Below, one piece after another: positions 29,705 to 42,306 of a DNA stretch of 64,000 nucleotides. The DNA is from Octopus vulgaris (Eukaryota). Within the stretch, counting starts at the first letter, position 1, and the number at the start of each line of letters is the position of its first letter. The position numbers were made by a program, and so were the translations under genes. The notes under the pieces are model-generated. The model was not told where the DNA came from. It searched no databases and saw nothing but the letters and a program-made list of their open reading frames with translations. The stretch spans positions 16,430,001-16,494,000 of the forward strand of contig OX597827.1 in assembly GCA_951406725.2 (NCBI GenBank), written 5' to 3'.

Positions 29705-30076
29705 AATGTTGGGGGGACAAACACAGACACACAGACACACACACATATTTATATACATATACATATATACGACGGGCTTCTTTCAGTTTCCGTCTACCAA
29801 ATCCACTCACAAGGCTTCGGTCGGCCCAAGGCTATAGTAGAAGACACTTGCCCAAGGTGCCAAGCAGTGGGACTGAACCCGGAACTATGTGGTTCGTAAG
29901 CAAGCTAGATCCTAATGAATCCTACAATTTTATGTTTGTGTGGCTTTATTTAGATCCCCGTAACTTATCGATTCAATAAAAGAGATAAATAAAAATAGGT
30001 ACCAGGGTAAATTTGTTCGATTAAACCTTTCGAAGCAGTACTTCAGTGTGGCCGCAGTCTAATGACTGAAACAAAT
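29705..30076. mobile_element. SINE family A fragments (minus 29705-29907; plus 3' part 29955-30076)
   Basis: Family match. Confidence 0.75.
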
Positions 30077-30121
30077 AAAAAAAAAAAAAAAAAAAAAAAA
30101 AGATAAAACTAATTTATTTTT

Positions 30122-30360
30122 ATACCTATTTCTTTACTGCTCACAAGGGGCTAAACACAGAAGGGACAAATAAGGACAGACAAACGGGTTAAGTCGATTA
30201 TATCGACCCCAGTGCGTAACTTGTACTTATTTAATTGACCCCGAAAGGATGAAAGGCAAAGTCGACCTCGGCGGAATTTGAACTCAGAACGTAACGGCAG
30301 ACGAAATACCACAAAGCATTTTGCCCGGCGTGCTAACGATTCTGCCAGCTCGCTGCCTTA
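30122..30360 (-). mobile_element. SINE family B
   Basis: Family match. Confidence 0.87.
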
Positions 30361-31029
30361 ATTTATTTTTATACCAGTAACCGACATCTTTTCCTGGTGC
30401 TTTTCTAACCTGACATTTATATGATAATTTCAAGTGTTTCACTATTTTTAAAGTATTCTTTTGATTTATTATACAGTGATCCTTTCAAATTTCTTCTAGC
30501 CGCACTGATTCCTGTTAAACACAATTTCTCGATCCAAATTTTTCTCCAAATAAATTTATATTTTCCTGAGAAAGAGATTCTGTGATTTTTTATTAACTGT
30601 CATCTCATTCCCCTATAGACTGTTGATTAATTTTGATGGGATTCATTGTTAATTATTTTTGTTTCAGTTACAGCCTTCTAGTGATGGAGGTTTTAACTGA
30701 TAGCTTTTAACTCTTGTTTGACGCCACTAAATATAAATTTGAATAGGTGTTAGTGTGTGTGCATGTATGTTGGTGTATATGTGTGTGATAAATTCATAAT
30801 CCGTTGAATTTTTACAATTCAAATTATTGTGTTCGTATACTCCAACTAATGTGGTCTTACAACAATTATTCATCTACTTATGAGCAAAGTAACAACCTAT
30901 CTATAACTCTGCCTGCCCATCTCCCCTATTTCTCCCTCCTCAACTCCCTTTGTCTCTCTCTCTCTCTCTTTCTCTGTATCATTCTCAAACTTCGGCCAAT
31001 CCCTTACTAATTTATATATATATATATAT

Positions 31030-31260
31030 ATTTCTTTTTTCTACCCACAAGGGGCTAAACACAGAAAGGACAAACAAGGATAGACAAAGGGATTAAGTCG
31101 ATTAGATCGACCCCAGTGCGCAACTGGTACTTAATTTATCGACCTCGAAAGGATGAAAGGCAAAGTCGACCTCGGCGGAATTTGAACTCAGAACGTAATG
31201 GCAGATGAAAAACGGCCACGCATTTCGCCCGGCGTGCTAACGTTTCTGCCAGCTCGCCGT
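31030..31260 (-). mobile_element. SINE family B
   Basis: Family match. Confidence 0.85.
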
Positions 31261-31660
31261 GGTGCCCCAGCATATATATATATATGTATATATATATATG
31301 CTGGGGCACCACGCCGAAGCGTTTTAGTCAAACAAATCCCCTTCCTGTACTTATGTCATTTTAAAATTTGGAACTTATTCTGTGGATCCCCTTACCGAAC
31401 TGTTCAATTCTGGGTTAAGTATGGAACGCGTCTCTCATTTGCCTGCCACTTTTAATGTTTTTGAAATTACTTCCTTTTCTGTATTGAGCAGCCAACAATT
31501 GTCACCAGATTTGTATCATATTTTTCCAACTAACAAGTAAATTAAATAGTTTTATTTGCTTACATGATTCAGTAATTCATCACATATCTGAAGTACATCC
31601 ATCCATCCATCCATCCAACCATCCACGTATCCATCCATACACATACATCTATACGCACAC

Positions 31661-31737
<77 letters not shown>

Positions 31738-31764
31738 ATATGTATGTTTGTGTGTATATATCAT

Positions 31765-31937
31765 GATAGATCATTAGCCACTACACACATTTTTTTCTCT
31801 GCTTGTTTCTCTCCTTGTTTATTCTGTGTCTCTTTCTGTAGAAGAGCGTAGGCTCGAAACGTAAAAGACTTTTTCTATTCCTGAGCGTTATACTAATACA
31901 TCTGTTTGTTTTGTACACCACCTGTCTTCGTCTTTTG

Positions 31938-31940
<3 letters not shown>
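31765..31940 (+). mobile_element. Short Penelope-like repeat with variant hammerhead motif
   Basis: CTTT-CTGTAGA-A-GAGC-GTAG-GCTC-GAAAC-GTA-AAAG at about 31832-31867. Confidence 0.6.
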
Positions 31941-31986
<46 letters not shown>

Positions 31987-31994
31987 TATGTCTG

Positions 31995-32035
<41 letters not shown>

Positions 32036-32115
32036 CACACACATATATAAAGAAAACAGAAAAATATATATGTATATATATATATATACAGAGAGAGAGG
32101 GAGAGAGAGAGAGAA

Positions 32116-32190
<75 letters not shown>

Positions 32191-33064
32191 TGAAATACAA
32201 ACGTGGAAGAATAGAAAACATTTGGATCCAGTTGAAAATTCTTGATGTTATTTCAAAAAATGCAAATATTTGCTGTAGAAACCAGAGATTTTTCTTCTAT
32301 TAGAATTCCTATAGTAAAGTGAATCTGCTGGGAACATTGTTTTCTTAGTAGCGTTTTTATTTCTACAATTTCTATTTTGCTGTAATTAGTATTCGATTTT
32401 TTTTTGTAAAGATTTCTGTAAAAACATTCTTTTTCTTTTAACAGTATCACTCATTATCAAGATTGTCGTGATCATCGCCATGAGCTTTACAATAACGATC
32501 CTTTTCTTCCACTTCTCCTCCTCTTCTTACTCACCCCGCTGGTCCTCTCAACGTCAAGATTTCAAAAAAAAAAAAAAAAAAAGAAAAAAAAAGAAACAAA
32601 CTAAAAACAAAACACACACAAAAAAAAAAAACAAAATGTACGTCCGTGTGACAAAGTTAAAAATCACCGCTCGACGGAAAAGACGTTTGTTTGAACGTCG
32701 GATGAAACACATAGCGACTTTCAGTAGAGTTCTGTTTCATATTTCAGGTTCAAATCCCGCAAAAGTCAGGTCAACACAAATTGCAGTGGTACGTTACCTG
32801 AAGAATTTACCCAAGTTGTTTATAGTAAGGTGGAAAGGGACATGTATTCGTCTGTTAACCCCCTACCCCCCAAAGAAAAAAAAAAACAGGCTGTTTCCAT
32901 ATGCCTTCATAGAAAGACACGGTGTCATGGCCGATGTGTGACATGATGAATGGCAAGATGGGCGACTAGATGAAGACTTGAGACAGGCAGAGAAGTAGTA
33001 AGGAAGAAAGATAGGATAAAAGAAATACTGAGTTCAAATTTCTCCGATGTCCACTTTCGAGGTC

Positions 33065-33550
33065 GAAAAGGATGAAAGGCAAAGTCGACCTCGGTGGAAT
33101 TTGAACTCAGAACGTAACAGCAGACGAAATACCTATTTCTTTACTACCCACAATGGGCTAAACACAGAGTGTACAAACAAGGACAGACAAACGGATTAAG
33201 TCGATTATATCGACCCCAGTGCGTAACTGGTACTTAATTTATCGACCCCGAAAGGATGGATGGCACAGTCAACCTCGGCGGAATTTGAACTCAGAACGTA
33301 ACGGCAGACGAAATACCTATTTCTTTACTACCCACAAGGGGCTAAACACAGAGTGGACAAACAAGGACAGACATAGGTATTAAGTCGATTATATCGACCC
33401 CAGTGCGTAACTGGTACTTAATTTATCGACCGCGAAAGGATGAAAGGCACAGTCAACCTCGGCGGAATTTGAACTCAGAACGTAATGGCAGACGAAATAC
33501 TGTTAAGCATTTCGTCCGGCGTGCTAACGTTTCTGCCAGCTCGCCGCGTT
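33065..33550 (-). mobile_element. SINE family B tandem multimer (184-bp period)
   Basis: GACGAAATAC at 33123, 33307 and 33491. Confidence 0.9.
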
Positions 33551-34418
33551 AGCAACAACAACAACAACAACAATTGTGTATAATCCCAAGATTCCATAGA
33601 GAATACTCTTATGCGATTAGCGTTATCTTATTGGGTGATAGTTGTGTAGAATATGTGTCAAGTGCAGAGACTGACTTTACAGTGTAAATTTTGTTAGCGG
33701 AAAGTAAACGTCTTATGTAAAATGTAAACTGCACTTAGCAGCCCTTTCATTTACGCTGTGTGCAATATTATTAGCCCTGGTTTCGATTGTGTCTTTTTGC
33801 TCACATATTTTTTTTTCCTTATATCTAGCGCTTCGCTATTGTTAGCGCTGTTTCCACAATCGTGTCCCACATTCTGTTTATTTCAATTACAAGAATTTTG
33901 TTTATACTTTGACAGTTACTCAACATTTTTCGGTGCAATGGTTTGGGTTGGCGGGTATCGAAATGTCTTTCAGAATACAGACATCTTAAATCTACTCCTT
34001 GATAATTATATCTGAATAGTTTTACCTTAATTTATTCGTTAATTTTGACAGACATACGCATCTTAGATGATTGGCAGGCCGTTATTATCTATTATGTTTC
34101 GTATATGTTTTAATCACTTCTTTTCCATTTTCCTGACAAAACGTCTGTATATTGTCTTGTAGACATATTTTCCAGCTTCAATGTGTCTTTGTACATACTT
34201 ACACTCGGCTACAACTGGGTATCCTGAAATGATGTCGACTGATTGTATTATTGGTGGATTGGCCAAATCGTTAGAACGCTCCGCGGCTCTCGGTTTAAAT
34301 CTCGCAGGCTAGTTTTGTCTTTCATCTCTGCAGTGTCGATAAAATAAAGGAACAATGAAATACTGTGTTGACGTAATTGACTAACCCTTCCCATAAAAAT
34401 TGCTAGCCTTGTGCTCAA

Positions 34419-34480
<62 letters not shown>

Positions 34481-34650
34481 GTTTTTTCCTTCTTTCTTCA
34501 AATTTTCTTCCCTTTCTCGCCGAGTGTTTTCCATACACCTAGGGCAGAGAAGCTCATTGTATGCATTCCCAGATTACACGCGCAAATTCACAGATAAAAT
34601 ATGTATTTAAAAAATTATTATTATTATTATTATTATCATCATCATCATCA

Positions 34651-34699
<49 letters not shown>

Positions 34700-35054
34700 C
34701 ATTATTATTATTATTATTATTATGTTTTGTCCTTCTTTCTTCAAATTTTCTTCCCTTTCTCGCCGAGTGTTTTCCATACACCTAGGGCAGAGAAGCTCAT
34801 TGTATGCATTCCCAGATTACACGCGCAAATTCACAGATAAAATATGTATTTAAAAAATTATTATTATTATTATTATTATCATCATCATCATCATCATTAT
34901 TATTATTATTATTATTATGTTTTGTCCTTCTTTCTTCAAATTTTCTTCCCTTTCTCGTCGAGTGTTTTCCATACACCTAGGGCAGAGAAGCTCAATGTAT
35001 GCATTCCCAGATTACACGCGCAAATTCACAGATAAAATATGTATTTGACAAAAA

Positions 35055-35055
<1 letters not shown>
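34481..35055 (-). repeat. Three ~135-bp units separated by (TAA)/(TGA)n; possible R4/Dong-type 3' ends
   Basis: Near-identical units 34481-34614, 34724-34857 and 34919-35055. Confidence 0.85.
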
Positions 35056-35116
<61 letters not shown>

Positions 35117-35330
35117 AGAGGTGAGCTAGTAGAGTCGTTTAGCACGCCGGGGAAAATGCTTAGCAGTATTTCGTCTGCCGCTACATTCTGAGTTAAAATG
35201 ACGCCGAGGTCAACTTTGCCTTTCATACTTTCGGGGTCGATAAATTATGTAACAGTGAAACACTGGGGGTCGATGTAATCAACTAGACCTCTCCACCAAA
35301 AAGATTCAGGCCTTGTGCCTATAGTAGAAA
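35117..35330 (+). mobile_element. SINE family B
   Basis: Family match. Confidence 0.8.
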
Positions 35331-35342
35331 TTATTATTATTA

Positions 35343-35377
<35 letters not shown>

Positions 35378-35417
35378 GCTGTTGTTGATGTTATGGATTA
35401 CATTTTGTGTGTTCTTT

Positions 35418-35570
35418 GTGGTTGTGTGGTAAGTAGCTTGCTTACCAACCACATGCTTCCGGGTTCAGTCCCACTGCGTGGAACCTTGGGCAAGTCTCTT
35501 CTACTATAGACTTGGGCCGACCAAAGCCTTGTGAGTAGATTTGGTAGACGGTAACTGAAAGAAGCCCGTC

Positions 35571-35616
<46 letters not shown>

Positions 35617-35788
35617 TTGTGTGTCTGTGTTTGCCCCCCCCACTCCAACATCGCTTTACAACCGATGCTGGTGTGTTTACATCCCCGTAACTTAGGCTTA
35701 CAAAGAATGAGTCCTGGGGTCGATTTGCTCAACTAAAGGCGCTGCTCCAGCATGGCCGCAGTCAAATGACTGAAAAGAGTAAAGAGTA
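35418..35788 (+). mobile_element. SINE family A
   Basis: Family match. Confidence 0.87.
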
Positions 35789-36649
35789 TAATTTTTGTCT
35801 TGTATTGCGCGAATTTTTACAGAAGAGTGAGAAGCTTATTTTCATATTTCTTTGCCGTATTTAGACTATATATAACAAACTGAGCAGTTGAACATTATTT
35901 GATTAGCCATATTTCAACATGCTCCTTTGTAGGAAGATATAACCACTACAGCAGTTGTAAATAAGCACGCCCCTAGCCAAACATATATGGGATAAAAGCG
36001 TCGGATAGATTAAAAAAAGGCAAGCGAAAGAATCAAAAAGTAGTCTAACCATACTGAACAACACAGATACACTTGGTGAAAGTAACTTTGTGACCAACAA
36101 CGGTGTTAAAATTGATTTAAATATTCTAAGTGAAAAAGCAAACAACAACAACTTTCTTACATACAGGCTTTGTCAAATAAAAATAACGTTAAAAATTTGA
36201 GGGAAGGAGTATTTTGATCTTTTCCAAGCATAATTTCTAACAAGCGAGTTTTTAGACACAAATAAAACAACTGTATTGTAACTTTACTAGCAAAAACAAG
36301 TGCGTTTTTTTCTGATTTTGTTAAAGAGGTGCGAAAGAGAATAAGATAGCTGTGCATTGCCAAAGACAGTGCATCTTTCCTTGTACTCTGAGATCCTCCA
36401 GAAATCCCCTTCCCCTATGTGCACGGTGAAACCTCTTACATCATTGGAGGAAGCTCATACGGCACAATAAGTTTTGTTTTAAAACAAGTTCGTTTAGCTT
36501 GGTTAATATGTCACATAACTGATCATTGATTGGATACATAGTAACTGGGATGACAGGACACGGGGGTCATTAAAAAGACATAGTTGACGATGTAAACTTT
36601 TGGTTTATGTTTTAAACCTCGTTGCCCATGATAAGTGGTCAGTACTGAG

Positions 36650-37033
36650 GATTTTTCTTTTCAACCCTGTTCACCGTGGTGGGGGCGCTGGCAACGGGTA
36701 GTGTCAGAGCTATGCCGTCGGGAACTTCGGTTCCTGGTAGGGCTACCCAAGGCGGATTGGTTTGACACCGAGTGGTATTAGGGCCACAACCCGGCAGACA
36801 GGGCTCTGGTGAAAATCCTCGGAATGTCTGCTCCGGCAACCGGCGGCTCCTCGGTCGTTCTGTCCCTGCGCCTGCGGACAATCTGCGGCAAACAGGATGT
36901 CTCCACATGCAGGATTGTTGGGGACCGCTTGTGAAATCCACATATTCCCACGAAACTTCTTCCATGAGTAGAAGAAGCCGACTCAACCCGCCCAGGGTGA
37001 ATGTCGCCACAAGTACAAGTACAAGTAAGTAAG
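36650..37033 (+). mobile_element. GC-rich RTE-derived non-autonomous element
   Basis: GAGCTATGCCG...GGTAGGGCTACCCAAG resembles RTE 5' UTRs; (ACAAGT)n/AAGT tail; possible TSD AGTACTGA / AGTGCTGA. Confidence 0.6.
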
Positions 37034-37048
37034 TGCTGATCATATATG

Positions 37049-37360
37049 TTTTTATTGTTGTTTGTTCCTTCTCGAGCCATGCCTGGCTCATAAGGGCCGG
37101 TTTCCCGGTTTCTTGGCGTATAGGTTCCCCACCTGGACGGGACGCCGGTCCGTCGCAGGTGAGCTGCAAGATGCAGGAGGAAAGAGTGAGAGAAAGTTGT
37201 GGCGAAAGAGTCAGCAGAAGTCTCGCCGTTACCTTCTGCCGGAGCCGCTTGGAGCTTAGGTGTTTCGCTCATAAACACACACATCGCCCGGTCAGAGATT
37301 CGAACCCGCGATCCCTCGACCGCGAGTCTGCTGCTCTAACCATTAGGCTATGTGCCTCCA
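37049..37360 (-). mobile_element. tRNA-derived SINE family C, tail type ii, with 13-bp TSD
   Basis: TSD CTGATCATATATG at 37036-37048 and 37361-37373; homologous to 49768-50062. Confidence 0.9.
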
Positions 37361-37373
37361 CTGATCATATATG

Positions 37374-38600
37374 GGCTTTTCCTGCCACCGTTTCAGCACT
37401 GCATACTGTAGCCTCTTTTCTTTAGCATAACTTTTAGCTTCTCGCAGTTTCCATTATTTCTTTTTTCTCCTCACATCTGTCACTTTAACCTCTGGCTTCT
37501 ATTTTTGTCTTCCTCAAAGACAGAAAAGATTTTTGTTTTGTTCGTGTTTTGTAGCTTTAGTATTAGATTTTCGTTTTTTTCTTTGTTACTGGGAATTCTA
37601 GTAGTCTTACAGTGGATATTTCAAAACAGTTTCTATATTCCTGATACTATATAATCTTTCTGTTAGCTTTTGCATACGGTTTTCTGACTGTAGTCAATAT
37701 TTTTTTTTGTCTAGTCTTACTAATTCATTTTGTGACTAATTGAGAATATTATAACTAACTTATAATGGGACAAAGCATTGATGCTTATTTTGTTTTGTCT
37801 TGAATCATTTTTATTCTGATGCGTTTATATAATTCCGTCCTAACCTTTTTCATTTATATATGTTGTGTTCTGTGTACCTCATTAATTCATGAGTATTCCT
37901 AAGTCTCTATTTAGTCTAAATCTCTTATCTCTGATTCTTTATTAGTGATCTTAATTAGTTTTTCCTCTCCAGAAAGTTGCCTTCGCGTTTTTTGTAATTT
38001 GAATCTCATATCAATTCCTCACATAAATCTATGCGTTGTCTATTAGTTGTGTCTCTAGTTGTTTTTATCGACTATGGAGTTCGATTTCAGGTCGCCCACT
38101 TACAAAAATGATTGACTGGTCCCCCATGGCACAGTCTGGCTTAATATGTTTGTTAAATGTGTTAATGCCCCCCCCCCCCAAAATATCTAAGAAGTGGGTT
38201 AGTATTTTTTTTATAATTGTCTCTTTGAATCTCCATCTGCAGAATTATTTTACCATTTAGTTACAAATCCATATGCGGGGAATACTATTGAAAATTATTT
38301 GGCTGTCAAACTATGCAATGCTCAGATCCTTCTTTCTCCACACAGAGTCTTTGTTGCTTTGCTTATAAGTAACTAATCTATACTGCCATAAGGGTCTTTG
38401 CACATCTTCTACTCTTCTGGAAACGACTTGCATTTCAGTTAATTATTTATCCTATGCGATATTATTACAATTACTGTATGTAAACTGTTGGAGCACAGAT
38501 TCTGTTGGTGGTTCTTTAGAATTTTCTGTTTACTTTGCCTTCGGGTTTAAGATGGTTTACTTTTCAGTGAACTGGCAAGGTGTTTCTATTTATTTTGGTA
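37374..38600 (-). pseudogene. Decayed R4/Dong-clade non-LTR RT
   Basis: Frameshifted motifs PEE*K.C..YGSID*LLISKA, IA*FDSQIIFNSIPRIWI, VNHF..GDLK, AKATFWRGK, LGIL, ELVRLDKK, RWQEKPIY follow R4-clade RT domain order. Confidence 0.7.
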
Positions 38601-39740
38601 TGTTGATGAATAGCCATCTACATAGTATATGTAATGTACATACGTTGTTGAAAGGCAAATTTACTGCGGTATTTGTCCTGAGATAACATACATTCTGGGC
38701 GTGCTGTGCTTAAAAACAATATATATCGAAGGAAGAGCATCATCTCCGAACACCAGATACATTTCGGCCCCGTTGGATCTTTTCTATGGCGTGTACTTAC
38801 AGCCAGCCATATGCTTAGACGAGGTTTGTCGCCTCCGATGTATAGGAAAACAGTGAAAACAATCACTGATGTTGCGAACAGCTGCTCGACTGAATAAAAT
38901 TCTGTCACATGAAACAGAAGCAGTATCTAATTAAAATAACTGCATATATAATGTGCTTATTAAATATGTCAACCAGAATTTTGGGATATTCGTATTTGCT
39001 GATATTGCTTTGCAGCGTCCGGCCTCCTTGAGCTTAAATGTCCTCGCCAACTAGTATTCGGACAGAGTGTTTATTATCTTGAATAACGTTGTCCGTGGTG
39101 GTACTGTCAATATGTATGTTCCTTCTCGTTGTCGCTTTCAGTAACGAAAACTTCTTTGGGATTTAGCAAGTATCTTTTGTTTTGGGCTTTTCTTTACTTC
39201 GGGTACTTTATTGATTATGCCATAATTCTGTAGCATTTGTCTCTCACATTTTTTTGTCAACAATGTATGTTTTATTGATTTCCCCAAGGAACGAGAGATC
39301 TTATATTTTGTCTATCCTTTTATCCGTATGTTTCGCTTCCGTGTTGTTTGCACGGATTTTTAATATTCCTATATCTATAGATCTGGGTGAGTAATAACTT
39401 TCGCCGGTAACAACTGCAGTTATCGGATATATTATTTAGTTTAACCGGGTGATATTGATGTGCATGTCTGTTTTCATTAAGTTCACGATGTCTAGGTTTG
39501 TGTTTCGTTGTCTTACTATTTTATAATTGACTTTTATACATATATGTATGTCTGTCAGTCAGTTTGTGTGTATGCATGTTTGTATGTATGCTTGAATGTC
39601 TGTATGCATATATGTGTATGCATATATAAGCATATGTTACATGCGTAACAAGAGGAAGAACTTAGGTTGATTTTTATATTTTAAAAATATTTACACCTTT
39701 AGATTAGTGTCATACACAAAACTTCTGTCTTTAGAAATAT

Positions 39741-40304
39741 CTACTCCTGACCCCTTTTCATATTCTCTTTTATTAATATATTTCTTGTGCTAATTTGGTT
39801 CTGTTTTAGGTCGCAAAATTATTTTTTGTTTTGTCATATACTTTTTTCTAATGCCACTTTTATTTTCGTGGTATATATTTGTTATAATATTTTTTATCCT
39901 TGTCATTTGTGTATCATTTATATATTACATCTCTCAGCTGTTTTATTTCTATATCATATATTTTTGGCTTTGAGAATGCATTTTCTTAAATTGGTTCGTC
40001 TGTGAATATTCAAGGACACATAAACATTGTCTTAGTGTAAGAGCGCACCTTTTGATGCAAGTCTGAAGAAGAGACACTTCAAATGTTTAAAACTGCAAAT
40101 ATTACACAACTTTTCACATAGAACTTTCGTGTAAAGTGGCGTTAAAAACGAAAATTCCACGAAAATAAAGTGGCATTAGAAAAAAGTATATAAGAAAACA
40201 AAAAGTATATAACAAAACAAAAAATAATTTTCGACCTAAAACAGAGCCAAATTAGCACAAGAAATATATTAATAAAAGAGAATATGAAAAGGGGTCAGGA
40301 GTAG
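39741..40304. repeat. Inverted repeat with ~130-bp arms
   Basis: CTACTCCTGACCCCTTTTCATATTCTC...TTTTCGTGG (39741-39871) is the reverse complement of 40157-40304. Confidence 0.88.
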
Positions 40305-40811
40305 AAGAGAAACAATTGTAATTAAAAATGTTCTAATCCCTTTCTTTGTTTGCTTATAAGGATTATATTTTACTCTTCGTTAGGCCATTCACTGGATTTA
40401 CCAGTGCGACACCTGGATTTTCTACAATATGTAGAATTTCGATCTTCTTTGAGACCACAATTCACGAGCTTGAGTTGAGTGCTGCTTTGTAAATACTCCG
40501 ATTTTCTACTCTTTCAGGAGCATGATAGACATATATGTCTGTCTGTCGGTCAGTTTGTGTGTATGCATGTTTGTATGAATGTTTGAATGTCTGTGTGCAT
40601 ATATGTGTATGCATATATAAGCATATGTTACATGCGTAACAGTGTCATAATATTCAGTAAAACTGTAGTCAAAACCAGTATTAGGCTTCCAAAGAATAAG
40701 TCCTGGAGTCTATTTGCTCAACTAAAGGCGGTGCTCCAGCATGGCCGCAGTCAAATGAATGAAACAAGTAAAAGATTAAAAGAGTAAAGAGTGTGTATAT
40801 ATATATATATA

Positions 40812-41020
40812 GTTAATCCAAACATGAAAACACAAAGAGAACACAACAACGCGAGGACGTGGAACAAATATAGTATTATTGGACGCTCAGGAAAGAAGGG
40901 AAGAAGGAGGGTTTAACGTTTCGAGCGGAGCTCTTCGTCGGAAACATAGGAGAAGGAAAGATCCAGAGAAGGGAAGACAGAGGAAAAAAATCGCCAACGG
41001 TACACACGAGGTCACATTTG
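40812..41020 (-). mobile_element. Short Penelope-like repeat with minimal hammerhead motif
   Basis: Minus strand GTTT-CCGACGA-A-GAGC-TCC-GCTC-GAAAC-GTT-AAAC (about 40910-40945). Confidence 0.65.
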
Positions 41021-41100
41021 ATTTGGGTGACTTGTGTTGAATGAAGAGTAATTTGAAACAGGATTTTCCAACCAGATGTCACTTCCTGTTGCCAATTCCT

Positions 41101-41132
<32 letters not shown>

Positions 41133-41189
41133 TGTTTTTCTGCAGCCTGGGTGTTTCTAGCATCACTGAGAACTGCAGAGCAACCATTT

Positions 41190-41715
41190 GTAGTATATGT
41201 ATTTTATACATAAATATAAGTGGGGGAACCACTATGTGGAAACCCTTACGCTAGAAAGAGATACGCTATGGTCTCAACCGCTAAGAATTGTTCTCCAGAA
41301 AGTTTAGCTCACCAGAAATGAAAGCGAGCAAGACAAATGAAAAATAACAAAAATATAGATTAATAACAAACAATTGTTTCACTATCAATAAATTACGTAA
41401 TTTTACTTACACAACTTATCTGTAGATCTTCAGTGTGATCCTCTTTTATATATATATATATATATAAGACAATATATATGTTATTTTTCATTTGTCCTGC
41501 TCGCTTACGTTCTTAGTGTGCTAAAACCTTTCTTGAGAACAATTCTTAGTGGTTGAGTCCCTTTGCGGATCTATATCTAGCATAAGAGCGTCCACATAGT
41601 GGATTCTCTCTCATATTTGTGTATTAATAATATTTACTGAATCTCAGTCTTTTATGCGCTAAACCACTGGTGATATTAAATTAATATCCAATTTTTTCAC
41701 CCTCATTTTGACTTT
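41190..41715. mobile_element. Penelope pLTR-like element with diverged inverted arms
   Basis: 41190-41355 inverted versus 41475-41630; same family as 58572-59215. Confidence 0.75.
41362..41440 (-). ncRNA. Type I hammerhead ribozyme motif
   Basis: Minus strand ACA-CTGAAGA-T-CTA...TAG-T-GAAAC-AATT-GTT-TGT. Confidence 0.7.
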
Positions 41716-42275
41716 ATATATAAGAATAGGTATTCAAAGAGCCAATCAGAAGTCACTGTAAGAATTGTGTCATATCATATACATAGAAGAAAGTGGAGAG
41801 GAAGAATATCTCTGGCACATGAGGTGCAGGATGAGTGCACATACTAGGCTTAGTGGCCGGCAAAGAGTAAGGGAACCCCACAATTAAATTAGCGGTTAAA
41901 AGTAGATTACTAAACATCATTAATATAGATTTCTCATTTCTCAACAGCACGAGGCAGCAAATTTCTGAAAGTAGTGTTATAGGAAATAAGATATTCGTTA
42001 GAAAATGAAAAAGATTACGAAACATGGAAAAGTAATTGCAAACTGGCAATTCATTTCAAATTTCTCTTGCAAAACGTTTAAATAATATTTTTGTTTGTAT
42101 TTCGAAAAAAGTAGTCAATTTGCAAATTACTTATAAATGTAGCTTCTATATATATACATTAGATACATACATACATACATGTATGCGTAAATACATACGC
42201 ACACATGTATGTGTATATGTATTATATGTATATTTATGTATATACATACATATATATGTATATAAATATAAAGAC

Positions 42276-42306
<31 letters not shown>

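Noticed and set aside
34481-35055. CRISPR array
   Set aside because: Eukaryotic context, 135-bp units, microsatellite spacers and no cas genes.
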